Of a stretch of 64,000 nt of DNA, positions 1 through 13,620 are shown one piece after another; the first letter of the stretch is position 1, and each line of letters opens with the position of its first letter. The translations under genes and the position numbers were made by a program. The DNA is from Octopus vulgaris (taxonomy: Eukaryota): assembly GCA_951406725.2 (NCBI GenBank), contig OX597817.1, positions 160,766,001-160,830,000 of the forward strand, read 5' to 3'. Below the pieces are notes generated by a model. The model was not told where the DNA came from. It worked only from the letters and a program-made list of their open reading frames with translations, and made no database searches.

Positions 1-313
1 ACAAGGCTTAGAAAAACTGAACGACCACTGCAATAAGTGTGTAAATCTGAGTGGAGAATATGTTGAATAAAATTATAATTAACTCAACCATATTCATATA
101 GGAAGGGCATCCAGCTATAGGAACCATACCAAATCAGTTTGGGACCTAGTGCAGCTCCCTAGCTTACCAGTTTTTAGTCAAACCACCCAATCCACGCTAA
201 CATAGTAATAAATATCTGTAAATATAAAACCATCCAGATTTCTGAGTACCTTATTTCTTCTAATATATACATATATATATCTATATCTATCTATCTATAT
301 ATATATATATATA

Positions 314-612
314 TACATACAAAATTTAAAGGACTGCCCACTAAAAGTGGACGGTCAACATGCTAGATATAGACGTCAAATCACTATTTTCCACAAAGAA
401 TATGTTCTCAAATAAACAATCGAAACTGATCGGTACATGGGTAGGCGTTTTTATTTCGTATATTTTCATTTGTGTTGCTTATTTTTAATGCTTTGGATTG
501 TGCTGAGTTTTTATTTGAGAACATATTCTCTGTGGAAAATAGTGATTTGACGTCTATATCTAGCATGTTGACCGTCCACTTTTAGTGGTCAACCCTTTAA
601 ATTTTGTATGTA
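314..612. repeat. Fold-back element, about 103-bp inverted arms with a 92-nt spacer, next to (TA)n
   Basis: tacatacaaaatttaaagg...ttctcaaataaa (314-416) is mirrored at 509-612. The spacer holds CGAAACTGATCGGTA, resembling a hammerhead 3' half. Confidence 0.85.
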
Positions 613-689
613 AAAATATTTTAATCTTCGGATTTTTTAATATGCTGGGCCACTAGTTTTAATTGATTAATATCAATTTCTACCCTTAA

Positions 690-975
690 GCACCATTTGA
701 CTGTGGCCGTTGCCAGCCTCGCCTGGCCCCCGTGCCGGTGGCACGTAAAAAGCACCATTCCGACGGGTCTGCCAGCCTCCTGGCACCAGTGCCGGTGGCA
801 CGTAAAAAGCACCCACTACACTCACGGAGTGGTTGGCATTAGGAAGGGCATCCAGCTGTAGAAACACTGCCAGATCAGACTGGTGCAGCCTCCTGGCTTC
901 CCAGACCGCGGTCGAACCGTCCAACCCATGCTAGCATGGAAAACAGACATAAAACGATGATGATGATGATGACAA
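690..975 (+). mobile_element. SINE-like family B with an internal ~50-60-nt tandem unit and (GAT)n tail
   Basis: gcacgtaaaaagcacc repeats followed by ggttggcattaggaagggcatccagc...ccaacccatgctagcatggaaaa...gatgatgat. Confidence 0.85.
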
Positions 976-1184
976 TGATATATATATATATATATATAAT
1001 ATAAATAATATATAAATATAGGCATATATACATACATATATGTATATACCTACATATATGTATATACATATGTATATATACATATATATGTATATATACA
1101 TATATATGTATATACATATGTATATATACATATATATAGATAAAGGACATAAAAAAATCGTTGAACACAATGAGAAATGAAGAC

Positions 1185-1215
<31 letters not shown>

Positions 1216-1305
1216 CACATACATATATACATATATATACATATAAATATATACATATATGTATAAATATATATATATATATATAAATATATACATCTAT
1301 GTATG
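976..1305. repeat. Compound (TA)n/(CATA)n microsatellite region
   Basis: Direct inspection. Explains the Y/I-rich ORFs in the track. Confidence 0.95.
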
Positions 1306-1948
1306 TTTCATAAAATCTGATACAACTCATTCCTAAGAGGAGAATATCACCTCAGTGGAAACAGGTTACATTGATCCTTATTACTTTTCTTAATACTTCC
1401 CCAAAACAAAGCATCATTATTTGCATTTTTTTTCTCTATAGTAAACTGTAAACATAAAGTTTTAAAATCAATAGAAAGATACGTGAGTGCCAACAGAGTA
1501 TTTGACTTAACTATTGTTCCTGGCCAGAAGTCATCTGGTGACCCATTTAAACTAAAACCAAGTTTGATCTTCAAAGAATGATAGCAAAATGTGTATAATA
1601 TCTTTTCTATAAACCGAGCTATGTATATTGATTACATTTAGAAAGCTAAAGAGTTATTTTTATGTAGACACTGATATAGTTGATTGGATCAATCTTAGGG
1701 TATGACAGGTATTTATTTCAATCATTCATGAGCCAACCTCAATGAGATTTGAATTCAGAATGTTGAAAGACCAGACTAGCTAATGCAAGGCATTTTATTT
1801 AGTTCTCTACCAGCTCTCAACCCTTCTCATTCTATCAATCATTTTATTTACATATTCATAGTTGCACACATATGTAAATATATATAAATTTGTGTGTCTG
1901 AGTGTACAGTCACAATAAAAGGACTTATTCAATATCAAATCTTTACAC

Positions 1949-3400
1949 CAGGGATGGGAAATCTTTTTAATCCTATGGGTGAATTGAAAGTGTATAAGGA
2001 CCTCTATGAACACATCTATGCTGAGAAAAATAATGAATTTTTTTATTTTACAAAACTAGAAGTGTGTAGACAATTATATTAAGCAAACTGATTGAGGCTT
2101 TTTTTTATACATTAACATCTTTATTCATAGTATTAAAAAGATTTTCCACTCTTGGAGTAAAGCTTCGGAACTAATTAAGTATTTACAGTAGTTGAATACT
2201 TAACTGCATCATCTGTAACGATGCCATTAAGTTTATCATAGCATAAACTGAAATCTCTGTTGCTGACTTGAATTCAGAGATGCATTGATTTTATCGCAAG
2301 TAAATCTTTACAAAACCTAGTTTGCTGTTATGGCACATACAAGTATTTAGTTAACAGTGCTGTATTTTATATCTTTTATCTCATTTACAGCTATCAAATA
2401 ACAACACACATTCTGATGCTGGTTGTTCCAAGCTAACTTGGATATTGTTGACAATTCAGATTTTTTATATGGTTTATCGTATTCTTCTGCGATAAACTAA
2501 CAATTCCAATAATCTGACATTTTCTGGAGTTAAAATTCATACAACAGTAACTACACACTTGTTAACAAACTATCAATCTAAGGTTTCCCTTTCTTTGCTA
2601 TTAGTTCACACATTTCATAACTTGTGGAAATATCATTAATGCATCATTTGAAAACAGACTGCTGTTTGCATAAAGATCCATTTAAAAATATCAGCTTGTC
2701 TATATACTGAAGCCCTTTCAGTCTTTCATATTCCTTAATTTTAGTCTATTAGTGGTGTTCAAGAGTGTTCTTTTTATAAAATATAACAATCTTTACAAAT
2801 AACACACACAGTCTCCATTTACTGCCATGCAAAAATAGTTATCCAATTTTTATTTTTACTTATTGAAGAAAGAACCATTGCCAAAATTATTTTACTTTAT
2901 AATAATGCCAGCCATTGCAGAAGTGATTTCTACTTTACAATATTGATTGAAAAATATTAAATAGAAACAGCAAAACGAACTACTAAAAGCTAAATGTTAC
3001 TTAGCTTTTGCTGCCTATTAGATCAATTTGTATGTATTCACTCTTGATTAATGTCACATAGTAAACATTACAGCCAGAAGAAAGTTGTTTATGCTTTATA
3101 AACACATTGAAAGCAACTTACATTAAATTACTATTTGGATCTTAAGACATAAAGTAGTTTGTTTTTTTAAGGGCTCTTAAACTTTGTCAGAAGGCAGTTT
3201 TAAATTTAATTGCATGGAAAATTTTGCTGAGCAAGGATTCTTTCACTTCTGTTAACTCCAGGCACAGCAACCTTTTTCAAGAAGCAGGCTGAATGAGACA
3301 CGGCTCCTCATCAGATGGGCTGCCCTACTAAAAAATTCAAAGTGATTTTTCATAGGTGAACCATTCTGAAAGTCCTATGGCTGCAGTTTGCCCTTGACTT
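1949..3400 (-). mobile_element. Decayed hAT (Charlie/SPIN, GTF2IRD2-like) DNA transposon
   Basis: Frameshifted minus-strand motifs YFCMAVNGDCVCVICK, SYEMCELIAKKGKP, IAVNEIKDIK and DLLAIKSMH match the N-terminal half of Charlie-group transposases. TIR-like CAGGGATGGGAAA at 1949 and AGTTTGCCCTTGACT ending about 3400. Confidence 0.6.
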
Positions 3401-3705
3401 GTTTATTCCATCATAAATGACTAATTTTCATTGTGCAATCATTGTAACTTAACACAAAGCATTTTAAAACTACAAAACACTTGCTGACCATTTGATCTCT
3501 GGCTCTTTTTATAAGCCAGTTGTTGGACTATAGTTAAGTAGTCACTATGTTTGACATAGTGAACCAAAAATAATTTTTAGTCAAGTGAAATTATATATTT
3601 AATAGGGATAAAATCCATAAACATTAATGATAAAGAGAGAGATCCTAAAATTTTAATTGGCCAAAAGTTAAATTTTATTGCATATGATAGACAACCATGG
3701 TGACA

Positions 3706-3748
3706 ACTGTGGACATGTTTCAGACTTTTTGGACCTCCTCAGCAAAGT
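3706..3748 (-). ncRNA. Minimal hammerhead ribozyme, slightly decayed
   Basis: Reverse complement: actttg-CTGAGGA-ggtccaaaaagtct-GAAA-catg-TC-cacagt. GUC triplet, palindromic stem III, one mismatch in stem I, weak stem II. Confidence 0.6.
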
Positions 3749-3749
3749 G

Positions 3750-4180
3750 AAGTCAAAACAAAGCTAATCACAGAGCATCTAAGAGAGCCCACACTTGTAG
3801 GAAGAAAATTCACTGATTAGGCAATTTAAAATAATGACACTGGAAAATAACTGTCTATTAGTAAGATTGTAATTTATTAAAGTTCATTGGAACAGGATGG
3901 AAGTAGAAGATAAAATGCAAAGCATAAAATGCACTTTGGATTTCCTCTCACTTTGCAGAACAAATTATACTTTTATAATCTTGGTCTGGTAAACCCATCA
4001 GTTTGACCAAAACTCAATCGTCTATAGAACATGTGACCATAAATAAGAAATTAGCAATTAAAAGACGTTCCATGACATGCATTTGTCCAAGAAAGCTCAA
4101 TCAGATGATGAAATAACATCTGCAAATATACCTACATTTTGAGATCATCTGATTTTCTAGAGCACCAAAAGGAAATATTA
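3750..4180 (-). mobile_element. Decayed Penelope-like element 3' end (possible GIY-YIG endonuclease remnant) upstream of the hammerhead
   Basis: A minus-strand frame reads LIYGHMFYRRLSFGQT..RPRL, resembling the PLE GIY-YIG pattern IY...YIGQT...R. It is collinear with the ribozyme at 3706-3748. Confidence 0.35.
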
Positions 4181-5957
4181 TATTACTATAAGAGAATACT
4201 ATATTTTATTTTTAGGTCAGATAGAAGGTAATGTACTTAGTCCCCTTTAGACAGTACTGATAATATAACTTAACCAATCAGTGCTATTTTCCTTCAAATT
4301 ATTCCAATATTCTGAAATCTGATCACATACTCCTTTTTTTTTGTTTCTACATAAAAAAGTGTCATATATATTGACTTTTAAATATTTTACTGATTGGTGT
4401 AGTATTTCAACTACTATCTTCAATTAAGAGTTTAGATTGCATTACAAAAACTAAAAACATTTACCATTAAACAATATATCTAAGAACTTCTTTAACAGAT
4501 ATTAAAAAAAAATAAATGAATACCAGCCTCATCATAAGATTTAGTTTCATCATCATCATCATCGTTTAACATCCTCCTTCCATGCTGGTATGGGTTGGAT
4601 GGTTTGACAGGAGCTGGTCAGGCAGTGCATGCACTATGTTTTAGCATGGTTTGACAGCTGGATGCTCTTCCTAACACCAACCACTTTGTAGAGTGGGCTG
4701 AGTGCTTTTTACATGGCACTTGCACAGACAAGGTCAAATTTGGCATGGTTTTTACAGCTGGATGCCCTTCCAAATGCCAACCACTTTACAGTGTGGACTG
4801 GGTGCTTTTTAAGTGGCACTTGCACTGGTGGTTAAATAGTAAACTAGCTCAACGGTGGATTTATCCTCAGAAATATTTTTTATAAGATAGTAAGGGAATG
4901 AAGAACAATGTCTATGAATTTTGCTGATCCTACCAGACTGGTGAGATTAATGTAAGGATGTCCTACTTAACATCTGTATGTATATTTCTGGAAGGAAAAT
5001 GTGGAAGGTTGGGTCTAAAGATCTATATACTTATAATAGAGTGAACTCCAATATGGGTACCCATAGATCCATGTGGTGGTTTTAGGCCTATCCTAGAAAA
5101 AAAAACAAAAAACACCCACAATTAGTGTTATTTAACCCCATGTCAACCTATGATCAAAAGCATACCAGCCGTGGCCACCCAGTCTGCTTTCTTTTTTTGT
5201 CAGACAATGTATCCAAGACCCCATTAATCAATGCATCATTCTTTTATTAAAATAGTAGGGTGAGATCCAAAAGAAATTTGGCTGCTATTTCTAACAGATT
5301 AAACATCATAGCTCTTTCATAGTTGTTTCGAGGTCATGGTGTTTGATCATGATACCTGCCATGAGGTTTTACCATAGGACCAGCCAGCCACAGAGATTGT
5401 CCAACTAAACTCACAGTCTTTTCACTCCACATCTTTATCCCTCTTTACAAAATGACCCACCTGGATCTTTATCCATTTTGGGTCTTCTGGATACCAAAAC
5501 CTCTCATATTATAGATGTGTACCACAAACATTATCATATGCATATGTATATGGCAATATACATGTTTTGTATTTATACATATATAAATGCACAACCTGAT
5601 ATTTCCCTCTATTTAGATTTCTTTATGGTTGGACAGTTATTTGAATGTATGTATGTGCCTTCTATTTACTTCATTAACACTGAACATGAAAGTATTTAGT
5701 TCAGTACCATGCCAGTTTCAGTGTCTCTTCATAAATATTACTAAATAGCAGTGTGAGTACAAAAGGCACCTTTCCTCAATCAACATCTTCAAATAGATGT
5801 TTGGAAATAACCACTGAGAAGGGGAAAAAATGATGAGAATTCAAATAAAAAGTTAATATAACTGTGGAATTAACTATCCAGAAGACCCAAAATGCAGGTA
5901 AGGCTATGTAAGTGCTATGGAAGGACTCTGTCTCCTTCTATTTAACTCTTTCATATC

Positions 5958-6005
5958 GTCTCTGATGATGGGATATCTTTAATATCCTTGAAACAGCTGT
6001 AAGAC
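5958..6005 (+). ncRNA. Minimal type-I hammerhead ribozyme (Penelope-like element type)
   Basis: gtct-CTGATGA-t-gggatat/cttta/atatcct-t-GAAA-cagctg-TA-agac. Intact core, stem I gtct/agac, 7-bp stem II, palindromic stem III, GUA cleavage triplet. Confidence 0.85.
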
Positions 6006-6104
6006 TACCTTTCTCTTTATAAATGTCCTAGAAATTTCACACTGCCCTGGCTTTGTTGTCTCATTTTATTTAACACACTCATTATATATATATATATATA
6101 TATA

Positions 6105-6595
6105 TAACGGGAAGCTTTATGAAAATAGACAAAAGACGAAGGCAGGTGGAAAACAAACAAACAATTGTATTAGTATGGCGCTCAGGAAATATAAATTATA
6201 TATATATATTCTTCCACTTGTTTCAGTCATTTCACTGTGGCCATGCTGGGGCACCACCTTTAGTCGAGCAAATTGACCCCAGGACTTATTCTTTGTAAGT
6301 TTAGTACTTATTCTATTGGTGTCTTTTGCCGAACAGCTAAGTTACGCGGACGTAAACACATCAGCATCGATTGTCAAGCGATGTTGGGGGAACAAACATA
6401 GATACACAAACACACACACACATATATATTGGGCTTCTTTCAGTTTCCGTCAACCAAATCTACTCACAAGGCTTTGGTCAGCCCGAGGCTATAGTGGAAG
6501 ACATTTGCCCGAGGTGCCATGCAATGGGACTGAACCCAGAATCATGTGGTTGGTAAGCAAGCTACTTACCACACAGCCATTCCTGTGGCTATATA

Positions 6596-6628
<33 letters not shown>

Positions 6629-6862
6629 TGATTCGCTAGCCTCTGCACGCATATTTTTTTCTCTCCTTCTTTCTGTGTTTTTTCTCTGTGTATCTTTCTG
6701 TTGAAGAGCGTAGGCTCGAAACGTTAAAGACTTGTTTTATTTATATTTCCTGAGCGCCATACTAATACAATTGTTTGTTTGTATTCCACCTGCCTTCGTC
6801 TTTTGTTTATTTCCGTAAACCTGCCTTCGTCTTTTGTCTATTTTCATAAAGCTTCCCATTAT
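6105..6862. mobile_element. PLE-like inverted terminal arms (6105-6197 and about 6738-6862) in (TA)n, with a SINE inserted between them and a degenerate hammerhead at about 6697-6732
   Basis: gggaagctttatgaaaatagacaaaagacgaaggcagg...caggaaatataaat is mirrored, with a small internal duplication. Core-like sequence tTGAAGA-gcgtaggctc-GAAA-cg-TTA. Confidence 0.7.
6209..6590 (-). mobile_element. SINE family A
   Basis: Full-length reverse copy showing CpG decay. Confidence 0.88.
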
Positions 6863-6948
6863 ATATATATATATATATATATATCAACAATTGAGGGTAA
6901 AATTAATTAATTAATGTGGCAAAGTAATTTATTTTACTAAGCCCTAAT

Positions 6949-6985
<37 letters not shown>

Positions 6986-7008
6986 TAGATAAATAGATAG
7001 ATAGATAG

Positions 7009-7069
<61 letters not shown>

Positions 7070-7414
7070 AATATTTATAGTTTATTTTGATCAGTTTGAT
7101 CTCTGACTATCAACTGTTTATTCTTGGATGCGTCCTTCACACCAGACTGAATTTGAAGTAAATTCCAGTACCCAACTGGATAAGAGTGATGTCACCTTCT
7201 GTATGATGTAAGATAAGGGACTGATTCTATTTATCATGAACACATCACTAACATGCTGTGATTCCCACTTGTTTTCTATTTTCTGCTTTTAATAATCATG
7301 AACAATTGTCATGTAATCACTAAAATATTTTATATGATTAAGACTGGTAACTGTCACATTCACTATCTTTTTTATGATGTTATATTCCAATATACATGCA
7401 ACCAAACGCATACC

Positions 7415-7817
7415 CTCCATCAGACACCTACCATATTCTTGTTTCCCTGGGCATGGATTCACTGAAGCTCCGGCGTCTGGCGACGGACTTGGTAAACACC
7501 CGCAAGGTTATCAACCACCTCACCAACAACAACACTGAACACCTTTTTGATCTCCATGTGTCTAACACACGTGGACATGCCTACAAAGTCAGAAAACAGC
7601 ACAGCTCCCATGACTTTCGGAAACATTTTTTCATGCTCAGAGTTGCTGAAGCATGGAACAAACTGCCTGCGTCAGTTGTTGACTGCCATGACACTGCATC
7701 CTTTAAGGCCCTCATGCTTTCCGAAATCCGCCGAAACTACACCTGATTATATATACACTTTAGATGAGTTGTAGTGCACCTGAGCACTGTACACAATTAT
7801 TATTATTATTATTATTT
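7415..7817 (+). mobile_element. 5'-truncated CR1-group LINE 3' end
   Basis: LGMDSLKLRRLATDL...NTRGHAYKV...RKHFFMLRVAEAWNKLP is a typical CR1/L2 ORF2 C-terminus, followed by a (TTA)n tail. Confidence 0.9.
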
Positions 7818-9309
7818 TAATAATTGTTGTATATATGAGGGAAAAAAAAACACACGAATGCTCTGGATAATATAAAATATGGAAACCTTTGTACAAATAT
7901 TAGTGTGGTCATTCTCAACTTGACACAGAGCCTACATAATATTGTGTAATACCAATAAAGAATTAATGATTAAGACTCACATCACTACAGTTTTTATACA
8001 TTTATGAAGCAATTTCTTTGAGTAATTTATTCTCCACTCTCATGCATAACATATATTAATCAATTCATTAATTTTACAATAGCACAATAATATAATTTCT
8101 CAAATGACTGTATTAATTATTTTAATGTTTTCATTTTATAAAATATGATTTCTTTTTAAATGAAAATATTTTCTTTCTGCTATTTTCATCATCATAAGCA
8201 AATTACATTTTAATTGTCAAATTTTTTTCTTGTGTAGATTAGTTATTTGCATTAAAAAGTGGACATTTTCCAGATACTTCAGTTGCTATTCCTATACTAT
8301 TTAAATTCTGTTTTCATATGAGGAAGATCTGGTTGTAGTACTGGAAAAAAAAATTGCTAAACTACTCGTTAATTTAAAATTAGCTTAGTACTCCAACATC
8401 AAATTGTTCTCTCTTTCATTCTCTCTCTTTCTTTCTTTCTTTCTTTCTCCCCATCTCTTCCTTCCAATCTTTCTTTTTTCTTTCTCTCTCACTTTCTTGC
8501 TGACATTTGGAAGAGGGCAGTTTTATCCAATGTCAGTAAGTCCCAGAACTTCTATCAGTGCCACATACAAAGACTGAATTTGTAAACAAGAAACAGAGCA
8601 ACAAATTTACATGGTGCCTTTGGAATCAATTACAACCTTGAAGCATAAAGCAACACCCAGTTGAATCACAGGAACAAAAAGAAACTTCCATTACTCTAGA
8701 ACAAGAAAAAGATGTTATCTGAGAATTTTCACACTTCAATATTTTAGGTATCTTTTGTTTTCAACAAGAGCTTGAACTCACTCCTTTCAGCTAACATCAA
8801 ATTGAAAAGCCAACAAAGGAGTTTCTATGCCATGTCTCAACCTACTAGAAACAAGTTAGAATACATCTATATATTTTGTCTAACTTGTCTAAATGGGACA
8901 TCTATTTCATTCATGTAACACAAATCTACACTCACTTGTTCTCATACTTTTGACAACTTGATTTTCTTTAACCCTTTATACTTTCAACAAGCATATATGC
9001 AGATCGAGGCTAAATATAATAATGATTGAAATTTACACTGGAAAATGTATTGTTAATACAAAGAGGAATATGCACTGCTCTTCACAAAAAAACCCAACAT
9101 ATTTATGATAAATATATGAATGTATAAAAAGTATAAATGTTACTGCTATTTACTTCCTCATAAAAGATTATGACAGCAACCTTTTTGTGTAAAATATTGC
9201 ATATAAAATTCCCTGCTAGTTGACCAGTGAGTATGAATTGGGTTATTTTTAACAAACTATTTTTGAATATTCTCTATATATTTTAGCACATTTACCATGC
9301 AACTTTCTG

Positions 9310-9872
9310 CCCTGATGCAGTACCAGACACTGGCTCTCGTGGCTTCTGATCTTAACTGATTGGAAGTGCTATCAAGTACATTGTTTTGTCTTGGTATAAA
9401 AGATGGGCTACAGCAAATATTCTGCTCAATACCACAGATTTGCTTGTCAGTTGCTTGACCATAACCAGTTGAGCATGTCCTTTAGTGGCTGACAATATGT
9501 GCATCTCTGATCATGAACAGAAGTAGTGGGGGAGCATCACAGCCATGTGTTGAAAGAAATTCTTGGAGGTTTAGATAATTCACCTTTGGAAACATGGGTG
9601 GTTCGTTCAACATCCTTAAACAAACCCTTATTCAGGAACCTTTTGAGCAGGATGGGCTACTTGACCAGAAGAAAATTCTAACTGGGCCCCACCTGCAAGG
9701 TCATGCGCTGTTTATCTTGATATGAGATCACCATGTCAAGCACATATGGTTGTGATGCATGTGCCTGGTATACCCTTATCAGACGGGTAGTCATGATGGA
9801 TATACTGGGCTTCGTATATTTTACCCCAGTGTCACTTTGGTGGCATGCATTGCTCTCTCACTCAATAATAAT
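9310..9872 (+). mobile_element. Retroelement 3' UTR-like repeat with an (AAT)n tail, tail-to-tail with the CR1 copy
   Basis: GC-richer non-coding block ending ctctctcactcaataataataa. Family not assigned. Confidence 0.4.
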
Positions 9873-10700
9873 AAAATTATTGTGTATAGTACTCAGGTGC
9901 TCTACAACTCATCAAAGGTGCAAGTACAATACACAGAATTATGTACAAAAGCCAGGAGAGGGAACCATGTATAAGTCATGATATACATGTGTGCATGTGT
10001 ATGGATGTGGGGATATCAGGTGTAGTGTTGGTGAATTTCAGGAAGCATGGAGGTTTTAAAGGATGCAATGTCTCGGCCACTAACAACTGATGCAGGTAGT
10101 TTGTTCCATACTTCAGCTACTCTGAGTATGAAAAAATGTTTCAAATTATCATGGGAGCTGTGCTGTTTTCTGACTTTGTAGGTATGTCTACATGTGTTAG
10201 ACACACGAAGTTCAAAAAGGTGTTCAAGGTGGTTGTTGGCCCGATGGTTAATAATTTTGTGGGTATTTACCAAGTCAGTTGCCAGACGTCGGAACTTCAA
10301 TGTATCTATTCTCAGGGAAGCAAGATGTTCAGAGTATGGTAGATGCCTGAAGGAGGTTATTCACTTGGTTGCATGTCTCTCAACAGTTTCCAGGAGGTCA
10401 ATGTCCTGAGCCAGATAGGAGTTCCAGACTGGTGATGCAAATTCCATGTGTTGCACCATATACAGCCTTAAATAGATAGCTGGAGAGCAGCTGACAAAGG
10501 TCTTGCTGTGTTATGTCAAGACAGCCTCAACCTTCTTGACAATTTTAGAGATGTGCTTTGTCCAGTGCAAATCACTGCTGACAGTAATGCCCAGGTTACG
10601 TTCACAAGAAGGCTTCTTGATATTAGTGTTGTGGAGAGAGTATGTGGATGCTGGGTTTTTCCTCCCAAAATGCATTATGGTACAGTTGTCCACAGACTAC
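9866..10700 (-). mobile_element. CR1-group LINE fragment, same family as 7415-7817
   Basis: CTIMHFGRKNP...ERNLGITVSSDLHWTKHI, HMEFASPVWNSY, RRLATDL and RVAEVWNKLP, with frameshifts. Confidence 0.9.
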
Positions 10701-11344
10701 TAAGTTGTAAATAACTATTAGTCCTTCCTTTTGTGTTTGATAAATAATAAATAAAAGTATTTTGATGTAAAGATACATGACCTAACACATTCATCAGAAC
10801 ATATTCTTATTTGCAACATAATAATAAGGAAAAAATCATCATCATCATCATCATCATCATTTAACATCTATGTTCCATGCTAGCATGGGTGGAACGGTAC
10901 CACAAGAGCTGGCCAGGCCAAAGCCTGCACCAGCCTTCTGTGACTTCTTTGGCAGGATTTTTTACAGCTGGATGCCCTTCCTAACACCAACCAGTCAGCA
11001 GAATGGACTTAGTGCTTTTTATATGGCACAAGCAAAGGCAAGGTGAGTAGTGCTTTTTATATGGCACAAGCACAGGTGAGGTCAGTTTTGGCAAGGTTTT
11101 TACAGCTGGATGCCCTTCTGAACACCAACCACTTTACAGTGTAGACTGGGTGCTTTAAGTGGCACCTGCACTGGCAGGGTCACCAAGTACTTGCAAGATA
11201 AACACTTTTAAGAGGGGAGATGGCATTGGAAGAGGTGATGATGGAAAGGTTATAGTGAGACAGATACAGGTGTCTTGCTGTAGAGAGAGAAACAGGTGTG
11301 CTACCGCAAAGAAAATGCACGGTTGCCCAACCTGAAGGAAGTGC

Positions 11345-11381
<37 letters not shown>

Positions 11382-12178
11382 CAGGATGGAGATGGTGGCA
11401 TGGTGGCAAAATGCCAGGCATACTCACAAGGAACAGGGATCAATGTATAAATGAATTCAAATATAAAACCTGTTTGTTGAGGTAAGATGATTTGATTTGA
11501 GTATGACAGTGTCTGATGATATTTGTTGGCATCGATTCAGTTAAGCTTTCATTACCATAATTCTACTGAAATATGCTGCCTTTGTTTCATTTTACAATTA
11601 CAAAGAATTTAGTAAAATAACTGGTGTTACTGATCTGATGTTTTGAACATAATTTAACAGGAAATTTTGAAGGAAGGTTTAATTTAAACAACTTTAAATC
11701 AGAAAGTCTGCATCACAGAATCAGGGGCAGTCATAAGCAGGTTGGTAGCAAAAGGGTTAAAACTAATGCAGCATAATACAGTTTGAAGGATTGGTTATCG
11801 GTGCTTTGAGGAATATCTGGGAGAAGAGACATGCAGTCTTTTTGGCAAAAATTTTTCTCTATAACGCAAAGAAAGGATTGATACCTTACTACAAAGAATG
11901 AAAATATACAATGTTTTACTTTTTACCATGTTAGGACAGTAACAAAGGTTTTAAAGGAGATTTGGCTGCTATTTCTAGAAGGCTAAATGCAAGCATAGGC
12001 ATATCTAGTGCATTGTATTTGTAGTTTTCATGCAGGTTTTAAAGCAGCTACATACATGTCATAGAACAAGTCAAGAAAGATTGAATAAAGCTATACAACA
12101 GCAACTATTGTGAAGGTAAAGATGATGCACCAATTCACCTTACTTCAATGGATCGAGTTTGAAAAACACATAGCAAAA

Positions 12179-12211
12179 TTAGTACAGGATACAGTTAGGT
12201 CGGCCTTCATT
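12179..12211 (-). CDS. Putative second coding exon of ORF2 (NEGRPNCILY*), giving an 80-aa protein; the exon continues to a donor at about 12143 or 12138
   Basis: Acceptor tgtgtttccacaatttag|12211. The phase-0 frame reads NEGRPNCILY-TAA. Donors GAA|GTAAGG and AAG|GTGAAT follow within about 40 nt. Confidence 0.4.
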   Translation of the reverse strand, partial: NEGRPNCILY

Positions 12212-12419
12212 CTAAATTGTGGAAACACAGATACTATATTCCTGGTGAGACAAATAAAAAAGAATTTTTGTAGCTAACAGGAAAAACAAAATGCCATTGT
12301 TCTAAGCTCTGTTAATTTGGTGGGTAAATTAGACAGTGAGATGAGAATGTTGGGTTAGATTTTACCTGCTGCTATGTGTATCCAGGCTGGTTGGTTGGTT
12401 GAAGAATAAACACCTGTCA

Positions 12420-13620
12420 CCCACTCAATCTATTGTCTAAAGTGGTGGCGTTGTGGGGTGCTGCAAGGTACTCTATTTATGAGCTGTCAATTAGAGATCA
12501 CAATGATTTCAACAGCTTAGCACACTGGCTCTCTTGTCTTCTATGCAGCCCCAACACTAAATTGGGTGAACCTATACTGACCCAAGATATGTATAACAAT
12601 TTTGTTTTTCAACATGCTGAGGATTTGCTTTTTATTTTCAGCAATGGCCTTTCTCTTGCATACATCCGTGATATCCACAATGAAGCATTTTCTACTTCCC
12701 CAGCTAGTTCATTAATCAATGCTTTGCTGTTCTCCCTAAGTCCAATTCCAGCCTAGTAGAACTAGTGGAAGTAATCACAAATCCATGACATTCTACCTCT
12801 ACTGGAAGCACAGCACACAACTAACTGTATTTTAGTTGTTATTTATACATTCTCTTATCTGGGCCTGTTCTATATATGTAGATATCATGTGACCACGTGA
12901 TATCACGTGACCAACCAGACCATCAGATGTTGTTACACATCGCTGGTCACAATGCGTTCGCATTGTTTTAGCTTTCGAATGACGCCACCCCGCTGGCTAA
13001 GCGAGCAGGCCAACAGAAGAAAGAGTGGTGAAAGAGTACAGCAGGGATCACCACCCTCTGCCGGAGCCTCGTGGAGCCATTAGGTGTTTTCACTCAATAA
13101 ACACTCACAATGCCCGGTCTGGGAATCGAAACCGCGATCCTGCGACCACGAGTCCGCTGCCCTAAACACTAGGCCATTGCGCCTCCACATATGTAGATAT
13201 ACACCTTCTCAATGTACCATCAGTTCAATGACCAGAACTTTTCTCATGAAATCAGACCATGCTAGACAGTAATGGTACTGCTTTATGGTTTGGGTATATG
13301 AGTGCCTTATTCAAATCCATCAGTACTTTCCAGTCATTCGCACCTGGCAGAAGAAGTTGCTTTCCTTTGCTTACACTCCTCCATTGTCCTTTCTTACCCT
13401 TCTTGTGAAAGGCATCAGAGTGCAACTTCCAGTTGATCCTCATCACATTGATGCTCATGCATTGTTGTTTTGGTGCATCAATAAGAATACTCAAGACTTG
13501 GTTATGCCAACAGGTATACTCCACTAAGGGTGACTTATGTATGGCTAGAACATAACCTCCACACTAATGACTTTTAGCAGTGTCACTCCAACCTCACTGT
13601 CAAATATGATGCAGGAGTTT
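12420..13620 (-). mobile_element. RLE-type non-LTR retrotransposon 3' fragment (NeSL/HERO-like), interrupted by a SINE
   Basis: YTCWHNQVLSIL, ANDWKVLMDLNKALIYP, KVLVIELMVH and VLPVEVECHGF match the RLE-domain pattern YTWRHNQVL...IELTVPWE...EVGCRGF. Confidence 0.7.
12886..13188 (-). mobile_element. tRNA-derived SINE with a 12-bp TSD
   Basis: Minus-strand head GGAGGCGCAATGGCCTAGTG...GGTTTCGATTCC (A and B boxes). TSD ATATGTAGATAT at 12874-12885 and 13189-13200. A decayed SINE with a related head lies at about 24725-24980. Confidence 0.85.

Noticed and set aside
822-1330. Long Y/I/C/V-rich ORFs (also at 15.9, 27.0-27.5, 48.2-48.6 and 59.3 kb)
   Set aside because: These are translations of TA/TG/TATG microsatellites, not proteins.
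1347-1574. Minus-strand ORF ending [22 protein letters not shown] as a further exon or a third CaaX-like ORF
   Set aside because: It has no AUG start, the Cys is not at -4 and the splice sites are weak. It cannot be supported without transcripts, though it is worth checking in RNA-seq.
3262-3320. Minus-strand CTGATGA...GAAA resembling a hammerhead
   Set aside because: There is no valid stem III/NUH and no stem I pairing, and it lies inside the hAT remnant.
13110-13188. tRNA-like sequences at SINE heads (also about 55950-56010 and 60430-60490)
   Set aside because: They have A and B boxes but no complete cloverleaf, and they continue into SINE bodies, so they are not tRNA genes.
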